A stretch of 64,000 nucleotides of DNA from an uncultured Methanoregulaceae archaeon (GCA_963701095.1 OY969564.1:288001-352000); one strand, 5' to 3'. Shown: positions 41,247-53,004, counted from the stretch's first letter. Numbers and translations are program-made. The notes: generated by a model from the sequence alone, not told the origin.

Positions 41247-42751
41247 TTCAGCCACCTCCCGCCAAAGAGTTTCCCGAGATTTATTGCAGTAAGCATACCT
41301 ATAACGTGGCCTTCAGCATCTAACACAGGTAATGCACTGATGTTATTCTGTTCAAGTTTCCTGACAGCAATGTCAACCGCTTCATCAGTTGTCGTTGTCA
41401 CGACTTTCTTTTTCATGATATCATGTACCGTGCTAGCATTGCCCGGGTTTGCGACCGCTTTTGAAATGTCAAAAGTGGTCACGATCCCGACAAGCCTGTT
41501 GTCGCTGCCGATGACTGGCAGGTGATTGGTTTCTCCTTTGAGGAGTTTTTGTGCGGCAGTACGGATCTCCTCATTCTCACCAACACTTACGACCTGCCGG
41601 TCCATGATGTCCATGACGCGGGGACCTTTTTTACTTTCATGCATCGGGTGCACTTTCTTTACCGGATCTATGGGGCGGGTGGGGAGGTCGAGCTGCATCT
41701 TTCCCTGTCCGATCCAAGACTTGAGCTCTTCGGCCACTTTTCGGGCCCTACGGAAGCTTGAGAGGGATGAGGTTCGCACCTGTTCACCGTTTACCTCCAC
41801 CGAGCCGGACCTGAGTTCTGCGTAAGTTACGCTCCGGACCTGTGGGCGGGCCCGGCTTGGCACACCGTAGTCGAGCAGGTCAACCGATATGTCTTCGTCA
41901 CAAATAGCGGTCGAGCGGACGACATCGATATCAAGCACGGGAAGTGGCACGCCAAGCCCAACGTACAAGGTGACACCGTACCCGGTCATGGTAGCGGCGC
42001 GGAGATAATCCGGGTTCATCTCTTTCAAGTTCCCGGTCACCATGAGAGTTCCAAAACCGCCAGCCGGTGAATGCCGAGTACCTTCGCCAATAATCATACC
42101 CTTGGCACCGCATAAAAAGATCGGAACGCCACTGCCGATAAGCCTGAGTTTGGGGTCGTTTGTGATTGGGTTGAGGAGTCCTGCACCGGAGTACGTGATA
42201 TTCCCGGTATTGGGAAGGAGCGTACCCATATAGGTATGGAGGAGGCGGTCGGTGGTATTGGTCGCTGCATTATACCTCTGGTAAGCGTTTCTCGGGTTGC
42301 ACATGATCGCCTGGTTAAGATTTTCAAGCAGCAGTTCGGTGGTTATATTCCTGCGAGGGTAACAGTCAGTGCCCCGGGAGGCCGCTCGCAGTTCCACAGA
42401 TTTCCCCGAGACAAGGTCTTCCAGGACATGTGCACCACCATATTTCTCTTCAAGGGTGTCCGACTGCTGCGTTGCTCCGATATAGGTATCGACAGCGGCA
42501 AGACCGCCGTATGCCTCAACACCGTTAAGCCAGATCCGTTCCATACGGATGGGAGGCTCCGAATGGCCGAAATTTAAAAATGCCCCGGATGAACACATTG
42601 CACCAAACGTACCGGTGGTAACAACATCTACCTCTCTTAACGCGCCTTCTTCGCCAAGCTCGTCAACGATAGCCGGCATCTCTTCTGCGGTGACGACGCG
42701 GGCGTTACCGTCACGGATGTGCTCGTTGATCTGACCGATGGACTTGTGCAT
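41243..42751 (-). CDS. Homocysteine biosynthesis protein (COG1900/DUF39 + CBS; aspartate-semialdehyde sulfurtransferase)
   Basis: VDVVTTGTFGAMCSSG, YGGAHV, PRNAYQ, TYMG; two CBS domains. Confidence 0.88.
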   Translation of the reverse strand: MHKSIGQINEHIRDGNARVVTAEEMPAIVDELGEEGALREVDVVTTGTFGAMCSSGAFLNFGHSEPPIRMERIWLNGVEAYGGLAAVDTYIGATQQSDTLEEKYGGAHVLEDLVSGKSVELRAASRGTDCYPRRNITTELLLENLNQAIMCNPRNAYQRYNAATNTTDRLLHTYMGTLLPNTGNITYSGAGLLNPITNDPKLRLIGSGVPIFLCGAKGMIIGEGTRHSPAGGFGTLMVTGNLKEMNPDYLRAATMTGYGVTLYVGLGVPLPVLDIDVVRSTAICDEDISVDLLDYGVPSRARPQVRSVTYAELRSGSVEVNGEQVRTSSLSSFRRARKVAEELKSWIGQGKMQLDLPTRPIDPVKKVHPMHESKKGPRVMDIMDRQVVSVGENEEIRTAAQKLLKGETNHLPVIGSDNRLVGIVTTFDISKAVANPGNASTVHDIMKKKVVTTTTDEAVDIAVRKLEQNNISALPVLDAEGHVIGMLTAINLGKLFGGRWLK

Positions 42752-42843
42752 AACTGGATATATCGTTTCGTGAATGTTAAAGGTTACTGTAATTACTATC
42801 AGTAATATATGGTATATATCTTCGTTCAGCAATATTCCTGTAT

Positions 42844-43551
42844 ATGCGCCTGCGTGCCTTTGCAGAAGAGATGGAATTGCTTGCCCCTTCAGCGCTTGCC
42901 GAGGATTTCGACACCGGGAGAATTGGGATTATCGTTGAAGGGAAACCGGATATAGAGAAGGTTTGCTGTGCCCTTGACGCGACGCCTGTGGTGGTCAGGC
43001 AGGCAGTCGCCGCGGGCGCTGATATGCTGGTCGTCCATCATACCCCCCTCTGGAAACCGGTGACTTCTCTTACAGGAACTACTGCCGCACTGATGCGTGA
43101 GATCTTATCCGGTGGATTGAATGTGTATGTCATGCATACGAATTTTGATCACGCAGCTGGCGGTGTTAACGATGTCCTCGCTGATCTTCTCGGTCTCCAA
43201 AACCGGCAACCGTTGTCTCTGGGTATGGTGGGATCCTGCGCAATTTCTCTCCCGGAGATCTCACAGAGGCTGGGTGGCACCCTCCGTATCTGGGGAAACC
43301 TCGCCCCTACCCGGAAGCTTGCTATAGTTGCCGGCAGTGGTTTTGATCTTGAAATTATTACAGAATCTCAGGGACTTGGGGCTGATACTTTCCTTTCTGC
43401 TGAGATGAAATTATCTGTTGCCCGGGCTTCGCCGCTTCCCTGTATAGAATCCACACATTATGCATTGGAAGCGCCGGCCATGAAACATCTTGCCGCACAG
43501 AACGGGTGGCAGTATATTGACGATCCCCCCCTTCTGTCCGTATACCCATGA
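42844..43551 (+). CDS. Nif3-like dinuclear metal centre protein
   Basis: ALDAT, VVHH, HTNFD..GGVND, THYALE. Confidence 0.9.
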   Translation: MRLRAFAEEMELLAPSALAEDFDTGRIGIIVEGKPDIEKVCCALDATPVVVRQAVAAGADMLVVHHTPLWKPVTSLTGTTAALMREILSGGLNVYVMHTNFDHAAGGVNDVLADLLGLQNRQPLSLGMVGSCAISLPEISQRLGGTLRIWGNLAPTRKLAIVAGSGFDLEIITESQGLGADTFLSAEMKLSVARASPLPCIESTHYALEAPAMKHLAAQNGWQYIDDPPLLSVYP

Positions 43552-43865
43552 ATGATCCCTGGCAGTTGATAAATGACAGAAAAGAGCCTGACAAAGAAAG
43601 TCGGGCCGCACTCATAGCTCTGTACAGTACGCGGGGGAAAAAAGCAATTGATGCAATCGATTCCCACCTGGTCAAAAAATATCTCGATTTTTTTGTGGTA
43701 ACCGGTTCTTCAGCAAGGTATGTAGTCTGCGAAGAGGTCTGCACGTGCCGTGATTTTGCGTACCGGCAAAAACCCTGCTGGCACCTTATTGCCGTACGTA
43801 TAGCAGAAGCAACCGGGATATATGAGACAATCGACACCTGGTACCAAGAAAAGGGAAAGATATAG
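43548..43865 (+). CDS. SWIM zinc-finger protein
   Basis: CTCRDF..CWH. Confidence 0.8.
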   Translation: MNDPWQLINDRKEPDKESRAALIALYSTRGKKAIDAIDSHLVKKYLDFFVVTGSSARYVVCEEVCTCRDFAYRQKPCWHLIAVRIAEATGIYETIDTWYQEKGKI

Positions 43866-44107
43866 GTAATGCTTACCGGTTATCATCTTAATGGATTTAT
43901 TTCATATGACACCGCCAAGATCTTTTTTCAAAAGAGTCTTTCATCGCAAACCCTTTTTCCCTTCACGGTTATATTATGGTTAAATGAGTGGAAAACCAGA
44001 CTGTCGTACGGATTATTATTCAGGATCGATCCTGAAATATCTGATGGCAGGATGGGCTTCCTCTGTTACCGTAACTTCCTGATATATATACTATGGACGT
44101 GCGTTTG

Positions 44108-46853
44108 ATGCTCGAAGAAGAATACAAGCTCGACTATTTCAAGAAACAGGGGATGATGCGGAAGATCTGTAAATCCTGTGGCTCTGCCTTCTGGACACGG
44201 GACAGTTCCCGCGAGGTCTGTGGTGACGCACCCTGTGAACCTTATACTTTTATTGGAAATCCTGTTTTCACCTGCCATTCTGTCGATGAGATGCGGGAGG
44301 CATATCTTTCTTTTTTTGAAAGAAATGGTCATACCCGGATTGAGCGGTACCCGGTTGCCGCACGGTGGCGGGATGATATCTACCTGACCATTGCATCCAT
44401 TGCTGATTTCCAGCCGTTTGTGACTGGAGGTGTTGTTCCGCCGCCTGCAAACCCTCTTACTATCTCTCAACCCTGTATACGGCTTAATGACCTTGATTCG
44501 GTAGGAAGATCGGGTCGGCACCTGACCACATTCGAAATGCTTGCCCACCATGCGTTTAACACTCCGACCGAGGAGATTTACTGGAAAGACCGTACGGTCG
44601 AGCTGTGTGATCAGTTCCTAGCCTCGATTGGTGGCGATTTAAACAAGGTCACGTATAAGGAGCATCCGTGGATCGGTGGCGGTAATGCCGGTCCGAGCGT
44701 AGAAGTAATGATTGGCGGTCTTGAGGTTGCAACCCTTGTTTTCATGAGCCTCGGCCGCCAGAAAACCGATCATCCGGGTTATGACCTCAATGGTGAGAAA
44801 TATTATCCGATGAAGCTCCGCATTGTTGATACCGGTTATGGACTTGAACGGCTTGTCTGGGCATCGAAAGGATCCCCAACGATCTATGATGCAGTTTTCC
44901 CCAATATGGTCAGCCGGGTCATGAGCTCAGCTGGTATTTCCCACCTTCTTGAGAATAAGGATTATACAAAAATCCTCTCATTAAACGCCAAGTTTGCCGG
45001 ACTCATGGATATCTCCGGTTCCAATCTTTTTAACCTGCGAAAGAAAGTCGCTGCCGCCATTGAGATCTCCCCGGAAAAGCTCGACCGGATGATTACACCT
45101 ATCGAGAAAGTGTACGCGATTGTCGATCATACACGGTGTCTTGCGTACATGCTCGGTGATTGCATTGTACCATCAAATGTCCGCGAAGGCTATCTTGCCA
45201 GACTCGTCATCCGGCGGACTCTCCGGATGATGAATGAGTTTAAAATGCAGGATACTCTTGCTGATCTCATTGAGGAACAGATGAAGATCATCGGCCTTAA
45301 CAAATTCCAGCAGGATATCGCGATTGTCAGAGAGATTGTGGACAGGGAAGTGGAAAAATACGCCGTTACTCTCGACCGGGGAACACGAATTGTCCAGAAG
45401 GTCGCAAAGACCTACAAGGCAAAGAGCCAGCGGGTACCGCTTTCAGAGATCATTACGTTGTACGATTCCCATGGAATTCCCCCGGAGATGATAAAAGACA
45501 TCGCAGCAAAAGAAGGCGCCGTCATCGATCTCCCGGACAACTTCTATTCCCAGATTGCCGACATGCATTCTGAGTCAAAGAAAGAGGTTGTCGTTGACAA
45601 GACTGCAGTATATGCAGACCGGGTCCGGGGACTTCCCCCGACAAAGAAACTCTTTTATGATCAGCCCGGGGATACCGAGTTTGAGGCAATGGTCATCGAT
45701 TTCTTTGACGAATTTGCAGTGCTCGATCAAACCCTTTTCTATCCGGAAGGCGGCGGCCAGCCGGCAGATACGGGTAGCCTTGTCGGGCCGGAAAGTATGG
45801 CACGGGTAGATGATGTCATAAAAGACGGTGAAGTGATCCTTCATCACATAAGTGGCGGTGTCCTGCAGCGCGGCGAACGGGTGAAAGGGATGGTTGATGA
45901 GGAACGTCGGTTCTCGCTGATGCGCCACCACACAGCCACCCATATCCTGCTCCACGCGGCACAAGAGGTACTCGGTGTTCATATCCACCAGTCCGGTGCA
46001 CAGAAAGGACCCGAAACCTCCCGTATCGATATCCGGCATTTCAAACACATTACTCCTGATGAGCTACGAAAGATCGAGATCGCCGCAAACCGGATGGTGA
46101 TGGCTAATCAGGAAGTCGAAATTTCTGTAGAGAACCGCACAAAAGCTGAGCAGGAATACGGTTTTTCCCTGTATCAGGGTGGCGTTCCTCCAGGTAAAGA
46201 TCTCCGTATTGTAAAAGTGGCCGGCGATATAGAGGCTTGCGCAGGCACCCACTGCCGGAGCACCGGTGAGATTGGCGTTATTAAAATCATCCGAGTCGAA
46301 CATATTCAGGACGGTATCGAACGCATTGAGTTTGCGGCAGGAACAGCAGCGGTCTATTATATGCAGCACCTGGAGCAGATTGCCGCATCATCAGCTGAGG
46401 GTACTTTCTGTCCAACTTGAAAACCTTCAACCAACAGTCCAGCGGTTTTTCTCCGAATGGAAAGACCAGAGAAAAGATCTCGATCGCTTAAGCCAGAAAC
46501 TGGTCGACCTTGAGATAAAAACAATTCTTGCCGAATCGATCTGTGGCATTCCGGTTACTGTAAAACGCATTGATCTTCCCGCCCGGGAACTCACGATAAT
46601 AGCAACAGCACTTGCCGAAAAAGGCGGTATTGCCCTTCTTGCTATGTCCGGTGAAACTGCCCGGGTAGTCCTTGCTTCCGGTGATCCACGGGTTAACGCT
46701 GGAGAGATTATCGGACAGGTATGCGGCCTTCTCGGTGGTAAAGGTGGCGGAAAACCCCAGATGGCTCAGGGCGGTGGACCCGATAATGATAAACTGGACC
46801 TTGCCCTCAATGTCGGTCGCGAACGCATCATTGCAGCTCTTCAGAATAAATGA
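44108..46853 (+). CDS. alaS: Alanine-tRNA ligase (frameshift near 46400)
   Basis: ARWRDD.YLTIASIADFQP, DTGYGLER, HHTATH, CAGTH; C-Ala GGKGGG in second frame. Confidence 0.96.
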
Positions 46854-47437
46854 CCGGAACAGTTACAGTTCTTGAACCAGGCGATGAACGGGCCCAGAAG
46901 ATAGCAAAAGCAATGGCAAGTCAGACAGCAAATGACATTCTCTCGCTACTTGCAGCTGGATCCATTAGTCTATCAGATATTACAGAAAAGCTCAAGATTC
47001 CGCTTACAACCGCAAAGTATCATGTTGAAAATATGCTTGATGCCGGTCTTATAACGGTATCTGAAACCCGGTACAGCGTCAAAGGGCGTGAAGTAAAGTT
47101 GTACGCGCTCACCGATCAGCTGTTGATTGTTGCGCCAAAAAAGACCAATATCCGGGATCTCCTTCTCAAATACGGCTCTCTCTTTGGCATAGTAGTTGCA
47201 GGAACGCTTGTTGTATTCGCGCTTGCACCTCTGTTTTCTTCAGCCGTTACACCGGAGGCAGCCGCCCTCATGACTACTAATGGGGGTGAGGTTTCCGGAA
47301 TTCCTGGTGCAATAAGGGAAAATATGATGGTCCAAGGAACATACATTGACCCGGTTTTTACTTTCTTCCTTGGTGGCATTCTTGTTATCGGCGCCCTGTT
47401 CTGTTACGAAATATTTCTCTGGAACAAGGGACGCTGA
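46850..47437 (+). CDS. ArsR-type HTH regulator with two TM helices
   Basis: KIAKAMAS..YHVENMLDAGLI..SVKGREV; C-terminal TM segments. Confidence 0.8.
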   Translation: MTGTVTVLEPGDERAQKIAKAMASQTANDILSLLAAGSISLSDITEKLKIPLTTAKYHVENMLDAGLITVSETRYSVKGREVKLYALTDQLLIVAPKKTNIRDLLLKYGSLFGIVVAGTLVVFALAPLFSSAVTPEAAALMTTNGGEVSGIPGAIRENMMVQGTYIDPVFTFFLGGILVIGALFCYEIFLWNKGR

Positions 47438-47558
47438 AATAGGAATTAGGGAAAGATAAGGAAACATAGAAGGGTATTCTGTCTTTAGAAGGAAGTAATA
47501 ATTTTTTTAAAGTCTGTTATTAAAGACGGAATATGCCGGAGAAAAAAGATTATTGACT

Positions 47559-48392
47559 TCACTCATTTCTGATTTTATTCAGAACAAGCATGGCGATCCC
47601 CAATGCACCGATAACTACTACCACAGAAAGAGGTGATTTGGTAGGTGTCGGGTGGATAATGGGTGTGTAGGTCACCATTGGCGTTGTTGTAATAGGAGGA
47701 GGGGTTATAGTCGTAGGTATTGTTGCAGTAAATGTCGGGGAAATAACATGATACACGACCGAAGTAATTAAGCCGTTTTCATCGGAAAATTTGACGGTAT
47801 AGTCATCCGGCTGGGTAACTGGCACGGTTTGGGTGAAGATCCCATCTCCGGTCTGGAGATTTGCAACAGTCTGGATATATTGCGGACCGAATACCCGACC
47901 TGATGATGCACCATCGATCTGAATTTGAATACCACTATTCCCCGCGTTTTTGTGTGAACCGGAAATAACAAGTGCATCTGCTAGGTTTTGGGTAGTAGCA
48001 GAAGTGAGAGTAAGCTCAGCAGAACGATCTGTCAGCATAATAATCTGGCTTGCAACCGAGTCAGAGCGCATGGCAGGGACAGCACCGTTCCATTCAATCT
48101 CTACATCGTACTGGCCACCTTTGAGTCCGGTTGTATCAAAAAGTGCATATTGAGTCTGCTGGCTTGGCTGGATGGTCATAACCTGGTTGTTGATTTGTGT
48201 GGACGTATACTGTTTCTGGTAAAAAACCAGGTTGAAACTTGTTCCTGGGGGGAAATCGGAATCAATCGAGCATTTTATGGTCTGGCCGACCGGGATTGTT
48301 GTCGGGGAGCAGTTGAGATATATCCCGTACGCTGACGCTGAACCCACAACGAACATGGTGAGGAGGGCTAGGAAACAGAGAATCTTTTTCAT
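47559..48392 (-). CDS. Cell-surface protein with C-terminal sorting-type anchor
   Basis: Signal peptide, Thr/Pro linker, PTPTKSPL + TM + short charged tail. Confidence 0.7.
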   Translation of the reverse strand: MKKILCFLALLTMFVVGSASAYGIYLNCSPTTIPVGQTIKCSIDSDFPPGTSFNLVFYQKQYTSTQINNQVMTIQPSQQTQYALFDTTGLKGGQYDVEIEWNGAVPAMRSDSVASQIIMLTDRSAELTLTSATTQNLADALVISGSHKNAGNSGIQIQIDGASSGRVFGPQYIQTVANLQTGDGIFTQTVPVTQPDDYTVKFSDENGLITSVVYHVISPTFTATIPTTITPPPITTTPMVTYTPIIHPTPTKSPLSVVVVIGALGIAMLVLNKIRNE

Positions 48393-48481
48393 GCCTAATT
48401 GGTCGAATGCCCGGACATTAAAAGGTTACCAAAAGGATAGCGGACATTTCCTTTGCCTGAAATTAAAACCGATTTTTAAAC

Positions 48482-49091
48482 CTAAACCAAATCGATAAAA
48501 TTTTTGAGGAGGCACAGACCTAAAGACCCGCTTTTTTCCGGGTGGAACTGGACACCGTATACATTTTCCCGGACTATGGAAGAAGCAAAAGGAACAATAT
48601 ATTCAGTCGAGGTAAGGGTGTATTGGAGTGTTGTATCTGCATAAAAGGAATGAACAAAATACACATACGCTTCACGGGGCAGTCCCGCAAAAAGCGGGCT
48701 GTCTTCTTTTTCAAGTCTTATAGTATTCCAGCCCATATGCGGGACTTTGACGCCGGGGACGACCGGGAAACGCCGCACGCGGCCCGGGATAAGACAAAGG
48801 CCCTCGTGCAGTCCGTGTTCTTCGCTTGAGTCCATAAGCATCTGCATGCCAAGACAGATCCCCAGAAGCGGAACATCTTTTATTGCAGCACAGACCGTTT
48901 CCCTGAGTGTTCCTCAGCTGTTCCATGCCTTCGTGAAAAGCACCGACTCCTGGAAGCACAATTCCGTCGGCTGCCGCGATTTCTTCAGCGTTACCGGTGA
49001 TAACTGCCTCTGCTCCTGCAGCCTCTATCCCGCGCATGACACTACGCAGGTTTCCAAGGCCGTAATCAATAATGGTGATTTTTTTTCTCAT
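48482..49091 (-). CDS. hisH: Imidazole glycerol phosphate synthase glutaminase subunit (frameshift near 48910)
   Basis: IIDYGLGNL, LPGVGAF, PHMGWN, YFVHS, QFHPEKS. Confidence 0.93.
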
Positions 49092-50475
49092 GCATATCGT
49101 CCCGGATTCTCCATGCCCCGCTTTCGATCCACTCCTCGGGCAGATCCTGCTCTCTTTGCCATGTTTCGAGATGTGCCTGCCATCCTTTCCAGAGACCGGC
49201 AAAATCGGTCTCAATCATGTGTATCAATGCCATATCACTTGACGGGCACATGAAACATCCGATCCGATCCAGCCGGTGTGCGTAAAGCCGGTTGTACGGT
49301 GCCTCTTCCCGGAAAAGATAAAGCCAGACGTGAAGCGCGGTCCATTCCTGAATAGGTGCCGCTGATACCTGGACTTTTACCGTGGGGTTTCTCCAGACCC
49401 GGTCACTTTTTGCACGAGAAAGCGATTCATACCGGCGCTGGCCAATAAAGGAAAGACACTCGCCCCATGTAGAACGGATCGTCTCTGCAACAGGAATGAG
49501 CTTGCATACACTACAGCACCAGCGGGCGTTTACGGCTGGGGGACCCTGCTCGGCAAGGGTTGCATAAAATTTATCGGTAGTTGTAGTCCGTATTACGGTC
49601 ACCTGGTACTGGTTCTGCACATCGAGGATATTTTGATAGGTTTCCGGGAACTCCAAGCCTGTGTCGGCAAAGAGGAGTGGTACATTTCCCAGTGCTTTTT
49701 GTACCACGAGGAAGGTTGCAAGACTGTCTTTTCCACCGGAATAGGAGATTGTTGGTTGGAGTGGATATGTGGCGGCAACTGATTTTACGAATTGAACTGC
49801 CTCGTCTTCTGTATTTTTGATGGTTTCTGCATTGGACAATACCGCATCCGACCATGTGGCTTCACCGGTTATAATGGTTGATGAGATGTTTTTTCGGTTC
49901 CTTACGACTTGTCCTTTCTGGAGCATCATTGCTTCAGTAACTCCCAGTTTAGCCCTTCCGGCACCAATGCATTTCCCGTATTTATCGAGAATAAATACCT
50001 CATCTCCCTTACAAATTTCCTTATCTATTTCCTCGAGACCAGGCCGGAGAACGCTCATTCCCCGATCCCGTATGAAAGGGACGGTGCTGTCGTCGACAAC
50101 AACGAAACGTTTTTTTGGGCGGAATACATTGCAGGCTTCAGGACGAGGAATGGGTTCCCACCGGCGTTCTTTTGGGATATACCGTATTGATCCGGCAATT
50201 CCGCCGCCAATCACGATCTCTTCCATCCGGTCAGTATCTGGAACCTTGTTTAACAGAACAAGCTGATTATCGGGAATAAGCGGTGCACCAAAGTGATCTT
50301 CAAAAATGCTATTGATGAGTGCGATGTCAGCGGGAAAGGCCGGTCGTGCATCACCAGGTGGGGTGAGTGGGACTTCACGGGTAGTCGACCCGCAGGCGGT
50401 ACAAGTTTTTGCAAGGACAGGTGTATGGCACTGGTCACACCAACGGAGCAGGATTTTTCCCAGGTAGGGGCGCAT
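49066..50475 (-). CDS. PAPS-reductase family protein with PUA domain
   Basis: SYSGGKDS, DTGLEFPET, WCCSVCK, RIGCFMCP. Confidence 0.88.
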   Translation of the reverse strand: MRPYLGKILLRWCDQCHTPVLAKTCTACGSTTREVPLTPPGDARPAFPADIALINSIFEDHFGAPLIPDNQLVLLNKVPDTDRMEEIVIGGGIAGSIRYIPKERRWEPIPRPEACNVFRPKKRFVVVDDSTVPFIRDRGMSVLRPGLEEIDKEICKGDEVFILDKYGKCIGAGRAKLGVTEAMMLQKGQVVRNRKNISSTIITGEATWSDAVLSNAETIKNTEDEAVQFVKSVAATYPLQPTISYSGGKDSLATFLVVQKALGNVPLLFADTGLEFPETYQNILDVQNQYQVTVIRTTTTDKFYATLAEQGPPAVNARWCCSVCKLIPVAETIRSTWGECLSFIGQRRYESLSRAKSDRVWRNPTVKVQVSAAPIQEWTALHVWLYLFREEAPYNRLYAHRLDRIGCFMCPSSDMALIHMIETDFAGLWKGWQAHLETWQREQDLPEEWIESGAWRIRDDMHEKKNHHY

Positions 50476-50668
50476 TCCCACATCTGTACGCATTTGGTCT
50501 TAAAAAAATGGTGCCGTACACGTCAATTCGCGGCAATTTTCTGTGTGTTAATTGATACTTCTTAGAGTAAGACCGATAGGATTGATATGGACTGCCTCTC
50601 CACATTGATAGTACGAATTCGACTGCCGGAAAAACCGGCTTTTCCGGACTTCCGGGGTGTGATTAACC

Positions 50669-50933
50669 ATGAGTGTAGATATCTGGCTCTTTACAGCGGT
50701 TGTTTTTTTCATCCTTACTATTTGTGCAGTTCTACGTATTATCCCCGGCCCGACATTGAATGACCGGCTGATCGCCATCAATGTAGCGGCCACTCTTGCT
50801 TGTGCCGGGGCCCTTGCTCTCACCGTCAGCTGCCGGCAGTCTCCTTATTGTCCTGATTGCTGGCCTGTTCGCGTGCATGGTATTTGCTTTTACGATACGC
50901 AGCTTCCAGACACGTGAGAGGTCATCAGCATGA
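50669..50933 (+). CDS. MrpF/MnhF-like subunit (frameshift near 50830)
   Basis: RIIPGPTLNDRLIA; alternate frame gives a third TM and a TGA overlapping the next ATG. Confidence 0.7.
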
Positions 50934-51283
50934 ATGCATTGATCCTTGATATAATCCTATATCTCCTGCTTTTGGCAGGACTCGGGTTTGGCGCCATCAG
51001 TGTAATTGGTCTTCTTCTTTTTCCTGATATCAGAAGCCGATCCTTTACCGGCCTTCGCGCAGGCGTCCTTGCTATAACGCTTGTAACTATAGCCGGTGCA
51101 AGCTATGGTATCTATGAATGGATCATGAGTGGCGATATTCAATATCAGTACCTGTTTTATGCTATCGGTTCAATCCTGATGCTTGTCCTTATAGTAGTCC
51201 TCAACCGGATTGCCGTCGACATTGTTTGCCGGTCTTCGATTCCGGTGTTCTTACCTATTCCTGACGAAGAAGAAAAGAAATAA
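50930..51283 (+). CDS. MrpG/MnhG-like subunit
   Basis: IGLLLFPDIRSR; three TM helices; follows mrpF-like gene. Confidence 0.6.
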   Translation: MNALILDIILYLLLLAGLGFGAISVIGLLLFPDIRSRSFTGLRAGVLAITLVTIAGASYGIYEWIMSGDIQYQYLFYAIGSILMLVLIVVLNRIAVDIVCRSSIPVFLPIPDEEEKK

Positions 51284-51326
51284 TAAAGCCTGTCTCTTTT
51301 TTATCTAAATTACAGGAAGTGACTAC

Positions 51327-51677
51327 TCAGGACACTTGTTCCTTTTGATCTGTATTTTCCTCTTCCGGTTCGATGAAACAGAGAAGAGACGCCACTCCCA
51401 GAAAAATGATGGCCGGCAAATAAATGGTGATAAGAGTAAAAGTTCCCGCAAGGGGAACCGAGCATAAAATACAGGCCCCCGACGATAGAAGCATCCACCC
51501 GGCAAACCGCGTATCCGTGTTTGCAATTGCTGCGCCCATCAGACCAAGACTAGAGAAAAGAGCGGCTTGTACACCAGAAAGTGTTATATCTGACGATATT
51601 GAGGAAAAAATCACCAGTGCTGCTGATGCTATTCCCAGAAATCCCCCTATTACACCAAGTACAAACTGTTTTTTCAT
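51327..51677 (-). CDS. Small 4-TM membrane protein
   Basis: FVLGVIGGFLG.. hydrophobic helices. Confidence 0.6.
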   Translation of the reverse strand: MKKQFVLGVIGGFLGIASAALVIFSSISSDITLSGVQAALFSSLGLMGAAIANTDTRFAGWMLLSSGACILCSVPLAGTFTLITIYLPAIIFLGVASLLCFIEPEEENTDQKEQVS

Positions 51678-52062
51678 CAGTAACAGATTGAATAACAAAT
51701 GCCTTTAATCTTCCTTTTATAATACTATACAAAATAGACTCTGCTGGATGAAGGCGCGGATATGATTTTTTTCGAAAATGTCCCCCAAAATACAGTTTTT
51801 GGCTTAATTTATAAGACCTTTCTCAATCGAAATTTGGCGTATTTAAGGCTTATTTTTGCAATTGCGGCTTATTTGTTATGATTGCGCATTTTGCACCTAA
51901 TCGTTCTGAATATCAGTTGTATTCCGGAGTCTCGCTTTTTGTGAGGGACAAAAGTTCGGTTTATACCAATTCTATGCAGGAAAACCCCTTTTCGACCAAA
52001 ATATTTATTTATTCAAAGATTAATGAAAATTATAACCCTTTCCGGTGGGAGGTGGATCGAAA

Positions 52063-52146
52063 ATGGTTGCAGCAAAGAAACCGGCCGCAAAAAAGGCCCC
52101 AGCAAAAAAACCCGCCGTAAAGAAGGCAGCCCCTAAGAAGAAGTAA
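52063..52146 (+). CDS. 27-aa Lys/Ala/Pro-rich histone-H1-like micro-protein (not in ORF track)
   Basis: MVAAKKPAAKKAPAKKPAVKKAAPKKK; GGAGGTG RBS at 52048-52054; AT-rich upstream region. Confidence 0.75.
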   Translation: MVAAKKPAAKKAPAKKPAVKKAAPKKK

Positions 52147-52223
52147 TTTATGGGGTTTAATTAATGTTTTCTCTCTATTTTTTATGATTCTCCTGTAATT
52201 GAAACGGTATATGGAAATGAGTA

Positions 52224-52886
52224 TTATTCCAGCCAGGTTGTAACTTCACGAACCGAAGGCCTGATTGAAGGAGACAACGTTTCTGCCGGGTATCCAATGG
52301 CACATCCCATAAGCGCCCAGGTACCCTTTTCAATCCCAAGGATACTACAAAACCGGGCATTTTCTGCCATTTGTGTCGTAACTGATACAATCTGGAAACC
52401 AAGATCGAGAGCAGTCGCCTTCAACCACATATTTTCCAGACAGTGAGCAAGGGACTGCAATTCTACCGGGGGGAATCCTTTCTTTTCCGTGACGACAATA
52501 TAGAACGGTGCGGTACCGACACCCGGTACCATACCCATGGAATTTATAGCGTTAAGTCGGTTCATGAATGATGCTGCCCGGTTTTGCAAGTCGGCATTTT
52601 TTTTCACTTCATTTGCCAGATTATCGCGCATCTCAACAACTTCTGCATATACAAGCGGTATAAGCTCCTTCATAGCCTTTGAATCCTTCCTGATGACAAT
52701 AAATCTCCGGAAATAGTCATCCCTGCTGCCAATCGCTGAAGCGGCGAACGGAGCATGAAGTCCGGCACGGATTATACTCTCGATCATCTCATCCGGGGGA
52801 ATTTTTTCAGTAAATTTCCGGTGGGAGCGTCGTTCCCCTATAATCTTGTCAAAGGCTGCATTTGCAGGGTCAATTTTTCTTGCCAT
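52224..52886 (-). CDS. Nitroreductase family protein
   Basis: ERRSHRKF, AP, ENMWLKATALDLG, IGYP. Confidence 0.88.
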   Translation of the reverse strand: MARKIDPANAAFDKIIGERRSHRKFTEKIPPDEMIESIIRAGLHAPFAASAIGSRDDYFRRFIVIRKDSKAMKELIPLVYAEVVEMRDNLANEVKKNADLQNRAASFMNRLNAINSMGMVPGVGTAPFYIVVTEKKGFPPVELQSLAHCLENMWLKATALDLGFQIVSVTTQMAENARFCSILGIEKGTWALMGCAIGYPAETLSPSIRPSVREVTTWLE

Positions 52887-53004
52887 AGGTTCTCAACTTA
52901 ACATCTCATCATTGCTGGATATATTTCAAATTAACTTTATGATGGTCAGGATGAATCGAATGTCCCCGCTTTTTTTATATGTCATCCCGTTAAATCCCTG
53001 ACGT

